A DNA stretch of 64,000 bases from Octopus vulgaris (GCA_951406725.2 OX597839.1:22072001-22136000), one strand, 5' to 3'; shown: positions 25,830 to 38,498, counted from the stretch's first letter. The notes: generated by a model from the sequence alone, not told the origin. A program made the numbers and translations.

Positions 25830-27110
25830 ACTTGCTACAGTCTTCCGTCTTTTCCGAAACATTCCACGCGACAGGCATCTTGTCTCCAGCTTTATTTTTC
25901 TTTCCATGTGGAAAAGAAAGAAGTTGACCAACCCAAGGCTGGAGATGAAAATGGCTGTCATGATCCCTTGCACTCGCGTCTTCCATGCAACCTCCTTCGC
26001 AGTAGCTACTACACAGAGGAAACAAACCTCTTCCCTATTCAGAGAAGACGGCGGAACAATCTTAATTATAGACTCGGTTGACAGTTGAACTGTTCTCAGT
26101 CATGACAGCATAAACCCAAAGTTCTGAAATCTTCGGACATTGCACAATTGCATGCTGAACAGTTTCACTGTCCTGCTCGCATCTTGGACAAGTTGGTGTA
26201 GATGAAGAACCATGCCTGTAGAGTTTGTCCCAAACAGCTAAGGCTCCTCGGTAACATTGCCAGGAACTTTTGGAAATTGTCCATAGGCCCTTGCCCGAAT
26301 GTTCTCCGGTATAGGCCATTGAGTTGACAATCATCGAAGCCTAAGGTTTCTCCCAGGGCATCGTCACACTTGAACTCTACCAACCCTCTATAAAAGGACG
26401 AGGTGGAACTCCCGCTGCTGGCGTTACCCGTCTGGGAGAGGAGCATGAGTGCCTGACAACACTCTGCTTGCCATGCCCCCAACTTAGGTCTACGCTTAAT
26501 CCATGGGTTCAGTTCACTGAAAGAGGTAAACTGCAGAAACAAAAGTCTGGCGAACAGAGATAACACCTGCACACCGTCCAGGTAGAGCCAGAGATGCCCC
26601 AGCCTCAGAGCATGCCAGTGCATTTTTAGCCACGGTATCCCCAGCCCACCCTTTAGCGGTTGTTGGCAGCAAATAGAGCGCCTTACAAGAGGTCCCTTGC
26701 CCCTCCACAAAAAGCGGAAGAGCATGTGTTCCAACTTGTTTAGCCACGAATCTGAGCGAGGCACGGCGGTCAGGCGATAGGTAATTACAGATGCGATAAA
26801 CATACCTGCAACCTCCGCCCTCCTTTTCAGGGATAGCTTCCACTCAGACCAGGTTTGAGTTATGAAAGCAACCCTGCTTGCCACCTCACTCTAGTTCTCT
26901 ATCTGGAGGTCTGGTCCAAACTAGACCGCTAGCATTTTTACCGGTCCGTCCGTCCGTCCAACATTCCACGACGCTGTTGAGCAGCATTGACTTGCCTCTC
27001 CAGGTGCCGACCGATTTATCCCAGTTGATTTTTTCTCCTGCCACCGCTTTGTAATCCCTTATGGCCTCACCTACCCACATCCAGACACGATGACTGATGT
27101 TCGCATACAC
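25830..27110 (-). mobile_element. decayed Tx1/L1-clade LINE ORF2 3' half (RT end, zinc finger)
   Basis: GEKINWDKS, FRFLWRG...GGLGIP and TCPRCEQDSETVQHAIVQCP motifs, with frameshifts and stops. Confidence 0.85.
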
Positions 27111-27485
27111 CAATCTGACCTGGCAGTCTTTCTACGACTGAATGCCCTTCCTAACGCCAACCATTCCGTGAGTGTAGTGGGTGCTTTTTACGTGTCAACG
27201 GCACAGGTGCCAGTGGAGGCTGGCAACGGCCACGATCGGTTGGTGCTTTTTACGTGCCACCGGCACGGGTATCACAACTACAATTTCCATTTGATTTTTA
27301 TTTTGATGTTGATGTACTTGACTCAGTAAGTCTCCTCGAGCACAGCAGGTCGCCCTACAATCCAAGGTAAGCACAGCAGGTCGTCCTGCGATCCAAAGTA
27401 CTTTGGAAGGGCTGGGGCTGCTATGTGAAGCTAGTGCAGAAAATAGCCATGAACTCACGTTATATATATATATTATATATATAGT

Positions 27486-27523
<38 letters not shown>

Positions 27524-27534
27524 TCACGTTCAGT

Positions 27535-27544
<10 letters not shown>

Positions 27545-27568
<24 letters not shown>

Positions 27569-30470
27569 TCTTTTTATTGGCCACAAGGGCTGACAAACAT
27601 GATTGGAAAACATAAAGGGACAAAACAGGACGAAAAGTTACAAAGGGTTTTGTCCGTTTGTGAAAAAATCGTGTAAAAACAGTGTAACAATCAAAAATTA
27701 TAACAACGAAAAACTCTCAATAGGGGGAGGTGTTACGAAAGGTTCCTGGTGGAAAAACCCATAAAAGCCAACGGGAGCCTGGTCAAAAGGTGGGTAGAGA
27801 GCCCCTTTCTCCTTTTATAATACCTTTTTCAATTACAGGTGAAACCTGAGAATTGGAGGCTTTGAGAGGTATCCTGCGCGATCTAGGAGATGAAAACAGC
27901 GTGTCTGCCTATGCCGACGACGTCACCGTGATGGTGTCGAGTCACAGGCACATTGACCTGATTGGCGAGACGCTAAACGAGTACGAAGCGGTGACAGGGG
28001 CAAAGATTAACGCGGAAAAGTCTGTGGGCTTGCAACTGGGCACCTGGAGAGGCAAGCCCATGCCATCCAACAGCGTCGTAGGTTCCGAAAGGTGACCGTT
28101 CACCCGTATCACCGAGCAGATGTTGCTGTATAAAGCAGTGATCCACCCGCGGAAGACTGGACCGAAGCCAGCTGCTAGGTACCGATGGTCGACCCTATCG
28201 AAGGCTTTACTCTGATCTAAATTGATCAAAGCCCCACCTGCGCCAGCGTCGTTACCCACCCTCTCTATGATGTAGCGCATGAGATGGAGATTGTCGTGTA
28301 TCGACCTGGTCGGCACGGCGCATGTCTGCGTCTTGCCAACCAGCTTGTCCACGACAAGCGCCAATCTCTTGGCTAGCACCTTCGCCAAAATCTTCAACTC
28401 TGCATTGAGCAGAGTGATGGGCCGAAAATTCCCTATAACGTCCCCCTTGTTTGGGTCCTTTCTCAGCAAAGCCACCACCCCTCGACAGACAAAAGCAGGA
28501 ATTCCCGTTTTGCTGCCAGTTGCAGTAGACATTTGCCAACAGGCCCGCAAACAAGTCTGGCATTGAAGTGTAAAGCTCGTAGGGCAGACCATCCAAACCC
28601 GGCGATCTACCTCTCGTGCAACTCTTCATTGCTTCCTCCACTTCCCAGGCAGATAGCGGTCCTTCGCAGCACTCTGCCTCGCTGTCCGAGAGTTGCGGTA
28701 GGCCGTCCAGGTACACACCAAAGTCTGTACCGTTGTCCGTTCCACCGCTCGTCCCAAAAAGTTGAGTAAAGTGCCGCTGAAACTACGCACACATCTGCTT
28801 CGGTTCGGTAACCTCGCGCCCGTTCTGGTCCACCAAAGACCGAATGGTTGCTTTGTTGCCTCTCCTCGCCTCCGCCACGTGGGCCCATCGAGCGGCTCTA
28901 GTCCCCTCCCCGCTTAGCAAACGTGCCTTAGCTCTGACAACGCAGCCTTCGTGTTTGGTGTCAAAGTGTTGGTCGAGGGCCAACCTTACTGCCAACACGT
29001 CAGTCGCGATGCCAGTCTCAAGAGCCTCGTCTAGTTTCTTAACTAAATCCCGCTCTCTCTTCAATAGCTAGAGTTTTACAAAACCTAATCGACTCTACTC
29101 TAATAGCTCTCTTGAAGGCAAACCACCAGTTGTTGTTGATGATTGCCCCCGTGAGCGCCCGCTTAACTAATAAACTAATCCGGTCTCTGTAGGTTTTGCA
29201 CGCCGTTAACGACGCGTTTAGCTTCCAGTAGCTGGGTCCCTGTCTATGTAGCCTATCTAAGTCGACCATACAGATCACGAATTTGTGGTCCGTGTAGTCA
29301 ACTAGGTGGAATTGTGGACACCCTATGCTGTCTTTATCCGCTGGCCTACAAATCACTCTATCTAAGTACGATTGGTCCAAATCACTCTATCTAAGTGCAA
29401 TTGGTCCAAGTCCACATTGGCACATTCGGGTTGTCTAGTCGAAACCTGTCGGACAGCTGAAAGCGCCCGAGCAGGTTGGCGAGGCTCTTGCACCCCCCTC
29501 TCCTATCAGATGCTCCCCTGCCCACCCGATCGAGACGTTCGTCTAAGACAGCGTTCCAATCCCCAACCAGCACTAGAGTGCGTGACATTCCTAGGAAAAC
29601 TTCCAGACGTTTGAAATAATCCGACTGCCCTACTCCTGTCGGAGCGTAGGCAGCCAGCAGTCTGAAAGCACCGCCGTCACTACCGTCTACGTCAAGAACC
29701 ACCAACTTACCTTCCGGATCCAGGAAGACTGTCCTTATTTTCAAGTCCAGGCCATTCCGAAACAACACCGCAGTACCACCACCGCCCACTCCCGGCCGAC
29801 ACGGAGATAGAAAGATCTCGTATCCACCGAAAAGGGCTGCGAGTTCCTGCGGGTCGGAGAGCCTGGTTTCACTAATGGCTGCTACATCCACATCATGAAA
29901 CCTCAGGTCGTTTAACAGGTGATCCTGTTTCCAAGGTGACCCGAGGCCTCTCACATTCAAGCAATCGATTCTAAGTTTTGCCATGGTGACGGTGTCGGTG
30001 ATTCTTCTTCCTTTTTTGTTGTTGTTTTTCTTGGTGTTGGGTTTGGTGGTTGTTGGAGGTGGTTGGAGGTGGTGTCGTTCGTTGTGGTGGTGGTGATGGT
30101 GTTGGTGGTGTGGCAGCCTTTGGTGTTTCGTGCTGTTGTTGTTGTTGTTGTAGAGATTTTCTCTCCGCCTCCACTCTCTGTTTGTAAGTGGGGCAATCTT
30201 TCTTTAAATGTTTGTCACTGCTGCAGAGGTAGCATTTTGGCCTTCACCCCTCTACAGCAACATGCATTCTGGTGCCGTCTGGCAGATTCACACTGTCAGG
30301 TATGGCATTGATGTTTTCCTGCTGGATTTGTACCAGCAGCTGCACCCCCATACTCGACCAGTTTTTCTCCCGCAACCTTTGTACTCCTAGAATAGTGGCA
30401 GTGTCCTCTATGTCATAGAGGACAGCTGCCACCAGCCAAGATATACTTAGTTCAGGCGGCACGAGATCAA
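27545..30470 (-). mobile_element. rearranged Tx1/L1-clade LINE: ORF1 end (CCHC knuckle), ORF2 APE endonuclease plus RT N-half, inverted YADD segment, 3' UTR with AATAAA and (TTA)n
   Basis: CYLCSSDKHLKKDC (~30190-30235); ORF2 from 29984 with LNVRGL, ISETR, LVGDWN, TDH, WKLN, SPGLDG, NFRPITLLN and DQSKAFDRVDH; AYADDV on the + strand at 27853-28090; multiple frameshifts. Confidence 0.9.
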
Positions 30471-30484
30471 TTTCGTAACTCTAG

Positions 30485-30948
30485 GTCTGGAAGGGACTTT
30501 GCACCATCCACAGACTTAGTCTGTGGCACTCAGCAAGCTGTCCCGTAGGAATTTCCAGCTACCTTCTATGCCCGATGTCTGTAGCTCCTCCTCCTTCTCC
30601 TCAAATTTCTTGATGAGGACGTCCCTAAATCTCTGACCATGTGAAGGGTTCTTTAGCTTCCAAATCTTTCTTTTTTGGATTGGTCTGCTTCTTGGTATCC
30701 TTCTGACCTTGAGCCTAAAGTCACTAATGACTAGCCTATGCTGGTGGTGGTGGTGGGGCGGGGGGTACATTCTTCACCTGAAAGGGTCTTTGTATTTAAG
30801 AGCAACCCTGCGTCCCGCTGTCTGGTGGGGGATGAAATCAATCTGGCTAGCAGAGTCCCCTGACTGATAGGTTATAAGGTGTCTGGCTTCCTGAAGTTAA
30901 TGTTGCAGATTAAAAGGTTACATGCATCACAGAACTCTAGTAGCCTGA
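30485..30948 (-). mobile_element. RTE-like LINE endonuclease/linker fragment
   Basis: RLLEFCDA, ITYQSGDSASQIDFI and QHRLVISDF...KIWKLK motifs, frameshifted. Confidence 0.7.
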
Positions 30949-31548
30949 TCATCATCGTTTAACATCCGCTTTCCATGCTAGCATGGGTTGGATGAGTTGA
31001 CTGAGGGCTGGCAAACCAGATGGCTGCACCAGGCTCCAATCTGATCTGGCAGAGTTTCTACAGCTGGATGCCCTTCCTAACGCCAACTACTCTGAGAATG
31101 TAGTGGGTGCTTTTACATGCCACTGGCACACGAGGGCCAGTCAAGCGGCACTGGCAACAATAATCCTGTCTTCTAGAGGCACAAGGCCTGAAATTTTGTG
31201 GGAAATGGTGCTGGCTGATTATATCGACCCCAATGATAAACTGATACTTATTTTATCAGCCCTGAAAGGATGAAAAGCAAAGTCGACCCTAGCAGAATTT
31301 GACTCTGACTATAAAGCCAGAAGAAAATGCCATTAAACAGTTTGTCTGGTGTGCTAACAATTCTGCCAGGTTGTTGCCTTAATGACGATGATGAGGGTGA
31401 TAATAATAAGTTTCTTATTAATAATAATAAGCAGTAAATTTGAAGTTGTACTGGTGGTGCTGGATGGGCAAAGCAATGGCTAACCAATGTTAGGTTGATA
31501 GTGATATATATGTGTGTGTGTATGTGTATATATATAAGTCAATATATA

Positions 31549-32203
31549 TATAATCAAAATAAGCAACAAGGATATCCAGAGGTAATGCAGTACGATCGTT
31601 TCCTGCGACTCTATTTAATTGAACAATGCAAGTATTACATCAATTTTAAAATGTAGAGCAATCTTCAGCTGCATAAAAATATAGAATTCAGTTAAATTCA
31701 AAGGATTCATTTGTATAGTTTTCTTATTATTCATGAAAGATAGATTCTAGTTTCTATTAGACTTGATAAACTAGTCTATAAATTAGAACTGACCATCCAC
31801 TCCCATTAGTAAATCTGAATAACAAATTAAAATCAATGATAAGCAGTGTCTTCTTGTGAAAAAATCTCAGTTACAACTATGATGTTGTTGATGAAACATG
31901 ATCTTTGTCTATCTACTTATACTCTTGGTGATTTTGGATGATAAGAAAACTATACAAATGAATCCTTCGAATTTAACTGAATTCTATATTTTTATGCAGC
32001 TGAAGATTGCTCTACATTTTAAAATTAATGTAATGTTTGCACTGTTCAATTAAATGAAATGATCGTACTGCATTACCTCTGAATATCCTTGTTGCTTATT
32101 TTGATTATAATCACCCCATTTTGAATTATATGGATAATACCATACCAAATTCTGGTGCCTTTAACTTAAATACCATATTCAACTGAATCTAAATTTTACT
32201 GAA

Positions 32204-32205
<2 letters not shown>
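31549..32205. mobile_element. Penelope-like inverted pseudo-LTR remnant
   Basis: ~180-bp inverted repeat at 31549-31733/31936-32109, (TA)n flanks, hammerhead motif in each arm. Confidence 0.65.
31585..31674 (-). ncRNA. type I hammerhead ribozyme motif, canonical core, extended stem II
   Basis: On the - strand: atgcag-CTGAAGA-ttgctcta...tagagtcgcag-GAAAC-gatc-GTA-ctgcat; perfect 6-bp stem I; palindromic ACGATCGT stem III. Confidence 0.72.
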
Positions 32206-32236
<31 letters not shown>

Positions 32237-33165
32237 CGTAAAAAGCACTATCCGACTCGTGGCCGATGCCAGCACCGCCTCGACTGGCTTCCGTGCCGGT
32301 GGCACATAAAATACACCAATCTGACCGTGGCCATTTGCCAGCCTCGCCTGGCACCTGTGCAGGTGGCACGTAAAAAGCACCCACTACACTCGCGAAGTGG
32401 TTGGCGTTAGGAAGGGCATCCAGCTGTAGAAACATTGCCAGATTAGACTGGAGCCTGGTGCAGCCTTCTGGCTTCCCAGACCCCGGTCGAACCGTCCAAC
32501 CCATGCTAGCATGGAGAACGGACGTTAAACGATGATGATGATGATGATGATATCACGTGACCATGTGATATCACGTGACCGACCAGACCATCAGATGTTG
32601 TTACACATCGCTGGTCACAATGCGTTCGCATTGTTTTAGCCTTCGAATGACGCCACCCTGCTGGCTAAGCGAGCAGGCCATATATATATATTTAATATAT
32701 ATATATTGATTCACTTATATATATTCACATATATATATATATATATATATGCTTAGCTGTGATACCAATAAACATCAATGGAAATAGTAGCTGTGATACC
32801 AGTACCGGTGGCACATAAGAGAACCATCCGAACGTGGTCGTTGCCAGCGCCGCCCTGGCTGGCCTCCGTGCCAGTGGCACATAAAAAGCACCATCCGATC
32901 GTGGCCGTTTGCCAGCCTCCACTGGCACCTGTGCCGGTGACACGTAAAAAGCACCCACTACACTCACGGAGTGGTTGGCGTTAGGAAGGGCATCCAGCTG
33001 TAGAAACACTGCCAGATCAGACTGGGCCTGGTGCAGGCCCTGGCTTCCCTGACCCCAGTTGAACCGTCCAACCCATGCTAGCATGGAAAGCAGACGTTAA
33101 ACGAACGAATGATGATGATATGTATGTACACACACACACATATATATCATCATCATATTTTGAGA

Positions 33166-33938
33166 CTAGCACCATAGCCCGGCGTTTGCCCGGGTATGTA
33201 AGAGCACCTAGTAGGCAATGACTAATCCCAATCTAGATCTTACCCTCTAGGGAACGAAGGCGCATGTGTAGGTTGCAATGTCTTCTCTTCACTCCCAAAT
33301 AACTATCAAGCAGCTATCGATAATTCAACCCAACCAATTCCTACCGGGAAGAAATTACACTTCTGCTAATAGCTGCTGCAGTTGCAAGTTATTCGAATAC
33401 TTTTTTTGCTTACACTTTCTTTATAACTACCACCCCAAACGTTTTACCTTAAATTATTGACGTACCCTAAGGGTCCTTGGACGCTACTTGCAAACTCTTG
33501 GTTTATAATAAACCGCCTTTGTCGTGTGCACCAAAAAGCCTTTTCCATTCGTTTGTTCAGTTTGGTCACTTTTGACTTTTTCGTTGTTGTCACTCACATT
33601 GCTGCCCGCCTTTTTGCCGTTTTTGTACATTTTTATACATTTTGGGATACTTACCCCACGTGTTCCGAGAGTTAAAAAGGTCGAGTTGCGTCCCCATGAC
33701 AGTCTGTAGAAAATGTGTTGCATATAAAAAGCTTAAATTCTCGACCCATGTTGAATTTATCGATTTTTTTTCAGAACTGGGGGAACTTTTCAAAATTTTC
33801 GCTGCGTTAGTTTTGAATTATGACATTGGGCTATGTGTGTGTCAAGTTTCATCAGAATCGGTTGAAAGCTGTGGTCAGGGTGAGGGTACAACCTGACAGA
33901 CACACAGACACACAAACTGCCGTTTATATATAGAGAGA
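33166..33938 (-). mobile_element. non-autonomous Helitron inserted into a TTAA-MITE remnant (33939-34138)
   Basis: TC start, hairpin CCCGGGCAAACGCCGGG and CTAG end on the - strand; 5' ~200 bp shared with 14365-14580. Confidence 0.8.
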
Positions 33939-34419
33939 TGCTCAGTGTTTCTTTCAATTACGTTAAATATAATAAAGAATTTAGTAAAATAACTTAGTTA
34001 TAATTAATCTAGTGTTAAGAACATAAATTGTGACTAAGGTTTGGAGGAAGATTTTAATTAAAACCTTTTGAAAACAAGACATTTGTACAACAGTGCCGCC
34101 AGAGCCGGTTTCAGCTGGGTTGGTAACGAAAGGGTTAAAGTGAATAGGCATGGCTGTGTGGTAAGAAGCTAACTTCCCAACCACATGGTTCTGGGTTCAG
34201 TCCCCCTGCATGGCACCTTGGGCAGGTGTCCTCTACTATAGCTTCAGGCTGACCAAAGCCTTGTGAGTGGATTTGGTAGACGGAAACTGAAAGAAGCTCG
34301 TTTTGTATATATATATATATAAAACCATTTGTTGAAAGGATTAATGAAATGAAACCAATTTCAAATGTGTGTCTGTCAATGCAAATTGTATATCAATTTT
34401 GTTCCATTCTCAATCAAAA

Positions 34420-34457
34420 CTGTCCAATGAACAGGAATGTGAAACTTTGAGTAGCAG
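34420..34457 (+). ncRNA. degenerate minimal type I hammerhead-like motif
   Basis: ctgt-CCAATGA-aca(ggaa)tgt-GAAAC-tttga-GTA-gcag; the core deviates at two positions. Confidence 0.4.
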
Positions 34458-35399
34458 ATTTTTGTGATATTTTTGTGATGTTTTTGTAGGTTTAATAATA
34501 AAGCATATTACTCTACCTTCGGTATTTGAGTACTATTTTTCCCCACCTTGTTTCACAATTATGGGCTTACTCTGGTATATATATATATATAAAATATAAT
34601 ATATGGCCTGACCCCCCGCTCGCATGACACCTTATTTTTCTGTCTCCTGACTTCCATCTATGTTTAATGTCAGCTTAACTTATCCTTTTAGTCGAAAGAC
34701 TCCTGTTGTTATTCTTGTTGTTTGTATTTGTAATCGTGTAACATTTTCTCCATTTTCTTGTTTTTTTTTTTTGTCTGTGTGTTGTCGCACATATTTGCTT
34801 GCTTTCTTCCAGAAATTTAATGCCCTCAGCTTAGATTTTCGGGACCTACCAATTTTGAACAGTCTCAAGTGTAACAGGCCGAAACTGTAATGATGATTGG
34901 AAGCTTGACTGAAGAATAGAAAGCCATGAATGTTCTGTCCTGGTTTTCCTGTCTGTCTGCATTGTTCATATGTTTTGTTGTCCATTATGTTCTTCGGTTT
35001 TTTTGATTTATATATATTATATTTTTATATGTGTCTTTGTGTCTTTATGTTTGTCCCTAGCTCACATTGCTTGACAGCCAATGATGGTGTGTTTATGTCC
35101 CCATAACTTAGTAGTCTGGCAAAAGATACTGATAGAATAAGCACTAGACTTACAAAGAATAAGTCCTGGAGTCAATTGCTTTGACTAAAACCCTTTAAGG
35201 CGGTGCTCAAGCATGGCCGTAGTCAAATGACTGAAACATGGAAGAGAATAAAAGAATGGAAGAGGAAGATGAAAGAAATGGTGATTGGCGCCAGAATAAA
35301 GGAAGCTTTGGCAAAGAAAACGAGAAAACAGAAACATGAAGACACAAAAAGGAAGCCTCTTTGCCAAGAAGGAATTCTTTGAAATAATTTTATACCCAA

Positions 35400-35885
35400 T
35401 CATCATCATTGTTCGACCGTGGTTGAGACAATGGAATTTACCATGCTACGCCAGACTTCACGGTCCATCATGGCATTACGGAGGTCCTGTTGCTGGATGC
35501 CTGTATCCCTGGAGATTACATCAGGGTAGGAGAGTGTGCGCCCTCTGGTATCGCAAGTAGATGGCTTCCAGAGGAGAAGAGTAGAAATTGCCTCGTTTCC
35601 AGCTCTACAACAATGTCCAGCAAACTGGACTCCCCTACCTTTCACAAGAGATGACACAGGTGGTAATATCCCATATATTTGCATTTTGGTTGGATGGCGC
35701 TTCCACGAGAGATTTTGAGCTCTCATAAGGAGGCGAGTGTAGGTTCCATCCAACCGCCTCTCAAGCTTCTTTGATAACGTCCAGGTTTCTGAGCCATATA
35801 GTAGAATTGGTTCGACTGTGGCTTTGAATATTTCAAGTTTGAAGTCTCTACTTAGATTTGATGACCAGATCTTATGCATGTCATT
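35400..35885 (-). mobile_element. 5'-truncated RTE-clade LINE (ORF C-terminus plus (GAT)n tail)
   Basis: KIWSS...ATVEPILLYGSETWTL...FAGHC...AMMDREVWRSMV*, immediately followed by gatgatg. Confidence 0.85.
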
Positions 35886-37387
35886 TATACCCAAATCTGT
35901 ATTTCCATAATTTATCTCATACTTAAATCCTGTCACTTTCCATAGGTCCCACTGTGCTGTGTGTGTGTGGTTGGGTGTGCACACATGTTTGTATGCGTCA
36001 TCATCGTCACCATTTAATGTCTGCTTTCCATGCTGGCATGGGTTGGACAGTTTGACAGGAGCTGGCCAGGTTAGAAGACTGCCCCAGGCTACTGTGTCTG
36101 CCTTGGCATGGTTTTTATGGTTGGGTGTCCTTCCTAACGCCAACTATCCTGTAGAGTAGACTCTGCTTTTTACGTGGCACCAGCACAGGCGAGGTCAGTT
36201 TTGGCAAGGTTTGTATAGCTGGATGCCCTTCCACATGCCAACCACTTTATAGTGTGGACCGGATGCTTATTATGTGGTACCAACACTGGCAGGGTCACCA
36301 AGTAACTTGCAAGACAAAGATCCTTTGAGAGGAGAGGAGGCCATGGAGGAGGGGATCTTGTGTCAGATGATGAAAAATTAGAGAAAGAGAGTGAGAGAGA
36401 GAAAGAGGTGTCTTGTTGTAGAGGAGGTACAGTGTTACCTTACCTAATGAGAGAGGGAGAAAGAGAGAGAGAGAGAAAGAGAGAGAGAGAAAGAGGACAG
36501 AAACAGGTGTGTATGAGTGTGTGTGTGTGTATGTGCGTTTGTCAGTGTGCATAGGCCTGTGTGTAAGAAATTTCATAAGGGTGACAGTGATTTTAAAAAA
36601 GGTATGTAAAAGATAATTTATTTCCATAACATACTTTTCTGTTAGTAAATACTTTTTTTTACACACACACACACACACACTTGCTCGGTGCAGGGTGGGG
36701 AATTGAAAATTTAAATTACAAAATTTTTTGTTGTTGCTTAATTCTCAGCGTTCCATAAAATGAGTGTAGGGGGGAAAAGTATTTAAAAACATCAACACAT
36801 ATGACAAAGAAACTAGGAAGGTATCCAGTGGTCGTGGGATGTGCCAGAAACAACTGGTAAGTCTCCCTTAAATCACACACTTTTTCACCTGATAATTATT
36901 TTGAAATTACCATGAGAAACAAGCTGCAGAAAGGTGTGCGCGTACTATTCCAAAAACTCACCAAAGCATTTTATAGTGAAAATTACCCACCAACAATGGG
37001 ATACTTAGCATATATTCATATGTGTGTGTATGTATATATATTATATATGTGTGTGTGTGTGTGTGTGCATATACGTATAGTAACGCAGAAGAGGGTGAGG
37101 TCATAAGTGATTATCTTTAGGAAAATAAAATGTTTTGTGATCTTGCAGGGCTACCATAGCCTTCGTATGGAGTTAATTAATTAAACAAACCATCTTTTAG
37201 AGTGGCTTTGATAATTATCTAATAGTGTTATCAGGTAATTTAAAAAATTAAAACCAAAGATAATCAATTATACTATTACTTCTCTGTTTGTCTGTCTCTT
37301 TTTTTCTCTCTATATATTTATTTACGTATATAAATATATACATATGCATGTATGTGTGTGTGCATATATGTATGTATAGATGTATGC

Positions 37388-37427
<40 letters not shown>

Positions 37428-37975
37428 TCAGTGGTTAGAGCTTACGACCGTGAGGTTGTGAGCTCGAATCCCGGACCAGGCTGCGTGTTGTGTTCTTGAG
37501 CAAGGCACTTTATTTCACGTTGCTCCAGTTCACTCAGCTGTAGAAATGAGTTGCGACGTCACTGGTGCCAAGCTGTATCGACCTTTGTCTTTCCCTTGGA
37601 TAACACTGGTGGCGTGGAGAGGGGAGGCCGGTATGCATGGGCGACTGCTGGTCTTCCATAAACAACCTTGCCCGGACTTGTGTCTAGGAGGGTAACTTTC
37701 TAGGTGCAATCCCATGGTCACTCATGACCGAAGGGGGTCTTTTTATATATATATAACTGGACACGTGGACATGTTTTGTTCTCTAGTCCCCCCCCCCCCC
37801 AAATGATGACAAAGTCGCCGAAATGAGTTTCCTTTCTTGAGGGCAGCAGAGAAATATTTCGCTTTTTTCCCTTTCTTGTTCAGAAACGGTCTCAGATCAT
37901 GTGAATTGTTTAGAATGATTCCTGTCTTGACTAAGTAAAGCTTGCAATATCTACTTCCATTTATATTTGTATGTG

Positions 37976-38007
<32 letters not shown>

Positions 38008-38198
38008 TGCACATATACATATATATGTATGTGTGTGTATATATTAATATGTGCAGACACATATACAGAGGGAGAGAGAGAGAAGTGACCAGATATGCCT
38101 AACCAATAGATTACAACAAAAACATGTTTGTGAGAAATATGATTATGTTTGTTGGGAAGAAAAATAACAAAAGATGAGAACGAAATGTTTTGTATTGT

Positions 38199-38291
38199 TT
38201 AAAGTCCAGCATTGTCCAGTTCTCTGGACATTTGACACACAGCGCACGGCTCACAGCACAAGGCAGCAAAAAAGTCATCAATTATTGATCC
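38199..38291 (-). CDS. PLAC8/cornifelin-family protein, coding exon 3 (131 aa in total)
   Basis: tttttgcAG|GGATCA...TAA. GSIIDDFFAALCCEPCAVCQMSREL is the PLAC8-family GS..D....CC.PCA.CQ..REL motif. Confidence 0.92.
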   Translation of the reverse strand, partial: GSIIDDFFAALCCEPCAVCQMSRELDNAGL

Positions 38292-38498
38292 CTGCAAAAA
38301 AAACAAGAAGAAAAATTCAATTTCAAATGTATGTAGGTATGTATGTTTATATATGTGTGTATATATTACACACACACACATAGAGGAGATAAGAGAAATG
38401 AAGTGAGAGAGTAGATGTTTATTCCATTTGCTTACAACTGTTTCACAATCTTGTTTGTTATATAATAGATGTTACATCAATAATAACATGCATATAAA

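Noticed and set aside
29391-29984. Intact endonuclease gene or active retrotransposon
   Set aside because: Part of a Tx1 ORF2 broken by frameshifts, an inversion and a deletion.
34900-34945. CTGAAGA...GAAA hammerhead candidate
   Set aside because: No credible stem II or stem I in this copy.
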